32,000 nt of DNA from contig OY970170.1 of NCBI GenBank assembly GCA_963706795.1, positions 570,001-602,000 on the forward strand, given 5' to 3'. Below, piece after piece: positions 30,084-32,000 of the stretch. Each line of letters opens with the position of its first letter. The first letter of the stretch is position 1. The translations under genes were made by a program, and so were the position numbers. A model generated the notes under the pieces. That model saw only the letters and a program-made list of their open reading frames with translations, did not search any database and had not been told where the DNA came from. The DNA is from Candidatus Saccharimonadota bacterium. Lineage in GTDB: Bacteria; Patescibacteriota; Gracilibacteria; BD1-5; UBA2023.

Positions 30084-30791
30084 ATGATCTTCATTTCTCT
30101 CGTACTCGTCCTTCTTGCAAGCCTGACAGGTCTCTTGCTCGCACGGACAAAATTTATCGAATCCCTCTCCCTTGAGCTCATCGCTCTTGGCGCTGGTGCG
30201 ATGACGAGTGTGGCGCTGGTACATATTTATCCTGAGGCTATCGCGACAAATCCCCATGCGGTCTATACATTTTTGCTCGGATTTCTCGTAGTCTATGTGC
30301 TCGAAAATGCCAGTATTGTACATCCATGTGTTGAGGATCATTGCCACTTTCATTCGCTTTCACTCTGGTCATTTAGTGGACTCATCGTCCATACGCTCTT
30401 TGATGGAGTAGGAATTTGGGCCTGATTTTCGTCTGGTGTCGAGCTGGGAATGCTCGTAACACTGGGTGTTTTAGTGCATCAGATTCCAGTTTCACTCTCG
30501 CTTGCAGGCCTCGCAAAGCGAGCACATTTCGACGCAAAGAAACGTAAATTACTCTTCGCTTTTTTTGCTCTTGCGGCTCCAATTTGAGCACTTCTTGCGC
30601 TTTTTGCTCTGAATGGTCTCTCGCCTGAGTTGCTTGCATATCCGCTCGCATTTGCAGGAGGAAGTCTGCTCTATATCGGTGCCTCTGATCTCTTGCCGCT
30701 CGTACACAAAGACTCCCATAAACATCTTGCACTTATAAGTATGTTTATCCTCGGAATGGCGCTTTCGGTTATTGCTAAGTTTTTTGAATAG
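30084..30791 (+). CDS. zupT: ZIP-family (ZupT-like) divalent metal transporter.
   Basis: It reads HTLFDGVGIWA-G-F, LVHQIPVSLSLAG and GGSLLYIGASDLLP. It has two in-frame TGA codons and about seven or eight hydrophobic helices. Confidence 0.8.
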
Positions 30792-31462
30792 TGCATAGCG
30801 TTTTTGCTGATCGTATCCTTGAAATATCTGGCCCAGCAGAGATATTTCAATTTCGAATGCCTCTCACTTACGAGTTCGGAGGCATTTTTGATATGGGTAA
30901 GTTTCTCACGGAGCATCACAATCCAGAGCTCCTCCGTACAAAAATCCCAAAGCAGTACTCAGAAGTCTATCCCGAATCCCTCGAGCTTGCCTGCTTTGAG
31001 TCACTCTTGGATAACGCTCTTGCCACAGGTATTCCACTCCATCTTGAAAATATCTCTCAAAAAGCTATCGCTGATCGAATCAAAAATCTCTATATCGAGC
31101 TTGGATATTTTGTACCAGAGCTCAATGCATTCGTGGTCGATTTTGAGCATGCGCCAGTGACTCTTGGTGTCAATTTAGCCAGTCTCATCTATTCGACCAA
31201 GGATATTTACCTCCTGGACGAACAACTCTTCTCGCTCGTTCCACCACCGAGATCGCCAACACATCAAAAGGCTCTTATCGCCGCAGTAAACTCAGGTATC
31301 ATCTCTCGAATTCGTGTTGATCAACCTCAAGAATGACTCCTCGGTGACTTTCTCGCGAACGAAAATATTGCTCTGACAAAGGCAGCAGCTCAACTCTATG
31401 ATCACTATCAAAAAATCGGAAACCCAGAGGATTTCCGATTGTTCGATTTGCATCTCGATTAG
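30791..31462 (+). CDS. Hypothetical protein downstream of the ZIP transporter.
   Basis: ORF 30791..31336 continues through TGA 31334 to TAG 31460-31462. GTG 30791 overlaps the upstream stop by 1 nt, and later ATG starts are possible. I recognise no family. Confidence 0.45.
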
Positions 31463-31749
31463 GCTGCAGCCTTTTCTCTGAGCGCCGTACGAATCATTGC
31501 CTGCTTCATTTCTTCGTCGATTTCGGATTGGATTTCTTTCATCATTATGAGATCATTGAGCGCTTGTTTCTTGATGATTTTATTCTTTTTTGCGATCATT
31601 GCGTCGTAGGCGTCCGTAATAATCGGCAGAAGCAAATAAGCCCCAATGGCACATATGAGCACCCCGCCCGCGATGATATATTCATCTGGCGAGAATGGCT
31701 TTTGAAGTGTCTGAACACTGAGGATGTATGGTGTCTCGAGGAGATTCAT
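31459..31749 (-). CDS. Small single-pass membrane protein.
   Basis: The 96-aa ORF is intact, with TM helix IIAGGVLICAIGAYLLLPII and a charged C-terminal helix. It lies 3 nt downstream of the sortase stop. Confidence 0.5.
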   Translation of the reverse strand: MNLLETPYILSVQTLQKPFSPDEYIIAGGVLICAIGAYLLLPIITDAYDAMIAKKNKIIKKQALNDLIMMKEIQSEIDEEMKQAMIRTALREKAAA

Positions 31750-31752
31750 AGA

Positions 31753-32000
31753 CTATTTATGAGAAGTTTCTTGAAGCTCTGTAAATACGAGCATACGCTT
31801 GAGGGTAGTTCCGACTGGCCAGCATGTCATGAGCGAGAGTTCTTTTTGTGCTGGATCACGGTCGAGTACTTTAACATCACCTGGCTTTACAACCTTCTTT
31901 TCTTTGACGACGTAGACGAATTTTTTTTGATTGTAGTAGACGATGATTTGATCGCCGAACTCGAGGTCGTCGAGGAGGGCAAAGATATCATTATAGCTCC
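31753..32000 (-). CDS. Sortase, C-terminal part only (truncated by the window edge).
   Basis: It reads LEFGDQIIVYYNQKKFVYVV...LSLMTCWPVGTTLKRMLVF, which gives the TLxTC catalytic Cys motif and the conserved Arg. The stop is TAG 31753-31755. Confidence 0.8.
   Translation of the reverse strand, partial: SYNDIFALLDDLEFGDQIIVYYNQKKFVYVVKEKKVVKPGDVKVLDRDPAQKELSLMTCWPVGTTLKRMLVFTELQETSHK

Noticed and set aside
1-32000. CRISPR arrays, rRNA genes, transposases or integrases, and prophage blocks.
   Set aside because: I found no regularly spaced direct repeats, no rRNA-like conserved segments, and no DDE transposase, tyrosine-recombinase or serine-recombinase motifs in any re-joined frame.

Overview
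This 32 kb window looks like a Candidate Phyla Radiation bacterium that uses genetic code 25 (TGA = Gly; Gracilibacteria/Absconditabacteria type). In-frame TGA codons repeatedly fall on invariant glycines of well-known families, and every convincing gene end is TAA or TAG. The supplied standard-code ORF track therefore splits about two thirds of the genes; I re-joined the fragments by hand.

Contents, in order:
- A low-GC five-gene island with orphan-immunity-like and CPCC zinc-ribbon proteins.
- proS.
- A membrane-anchored VirB4/VirD4-like ATPase followed by a secreted protein.
- A gene-free 375-nt spacer.
- A minus-strand rluD-like, PilX-like and pseudopilin operon.
- A sigma-r4/HARE-HTH protein.
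- An OmpR/HisKA two-component system with a MacAB-like efflux operon.
- A frameshifted comM.
- A second, paralogous ATPase followed by a protein made of three tandem VirB2-type pilin hairpins.
- A receiver-only protein, rpmE, and tRNA-Thr, tRNA-Tyr and tRNA-Leu.
- rlmH.
- A zinc-style cluster: two COG0523 GTPases, a ZIP transporter and an unknown gene.
- A truncated sortase.

I saw no CRISPR array, rRNA or transposase.

The best candidate for something new is the duplicated ATPase plus pilin-like module. Everything was done by eye, so family names rest on motifs and GC statements are estimates.
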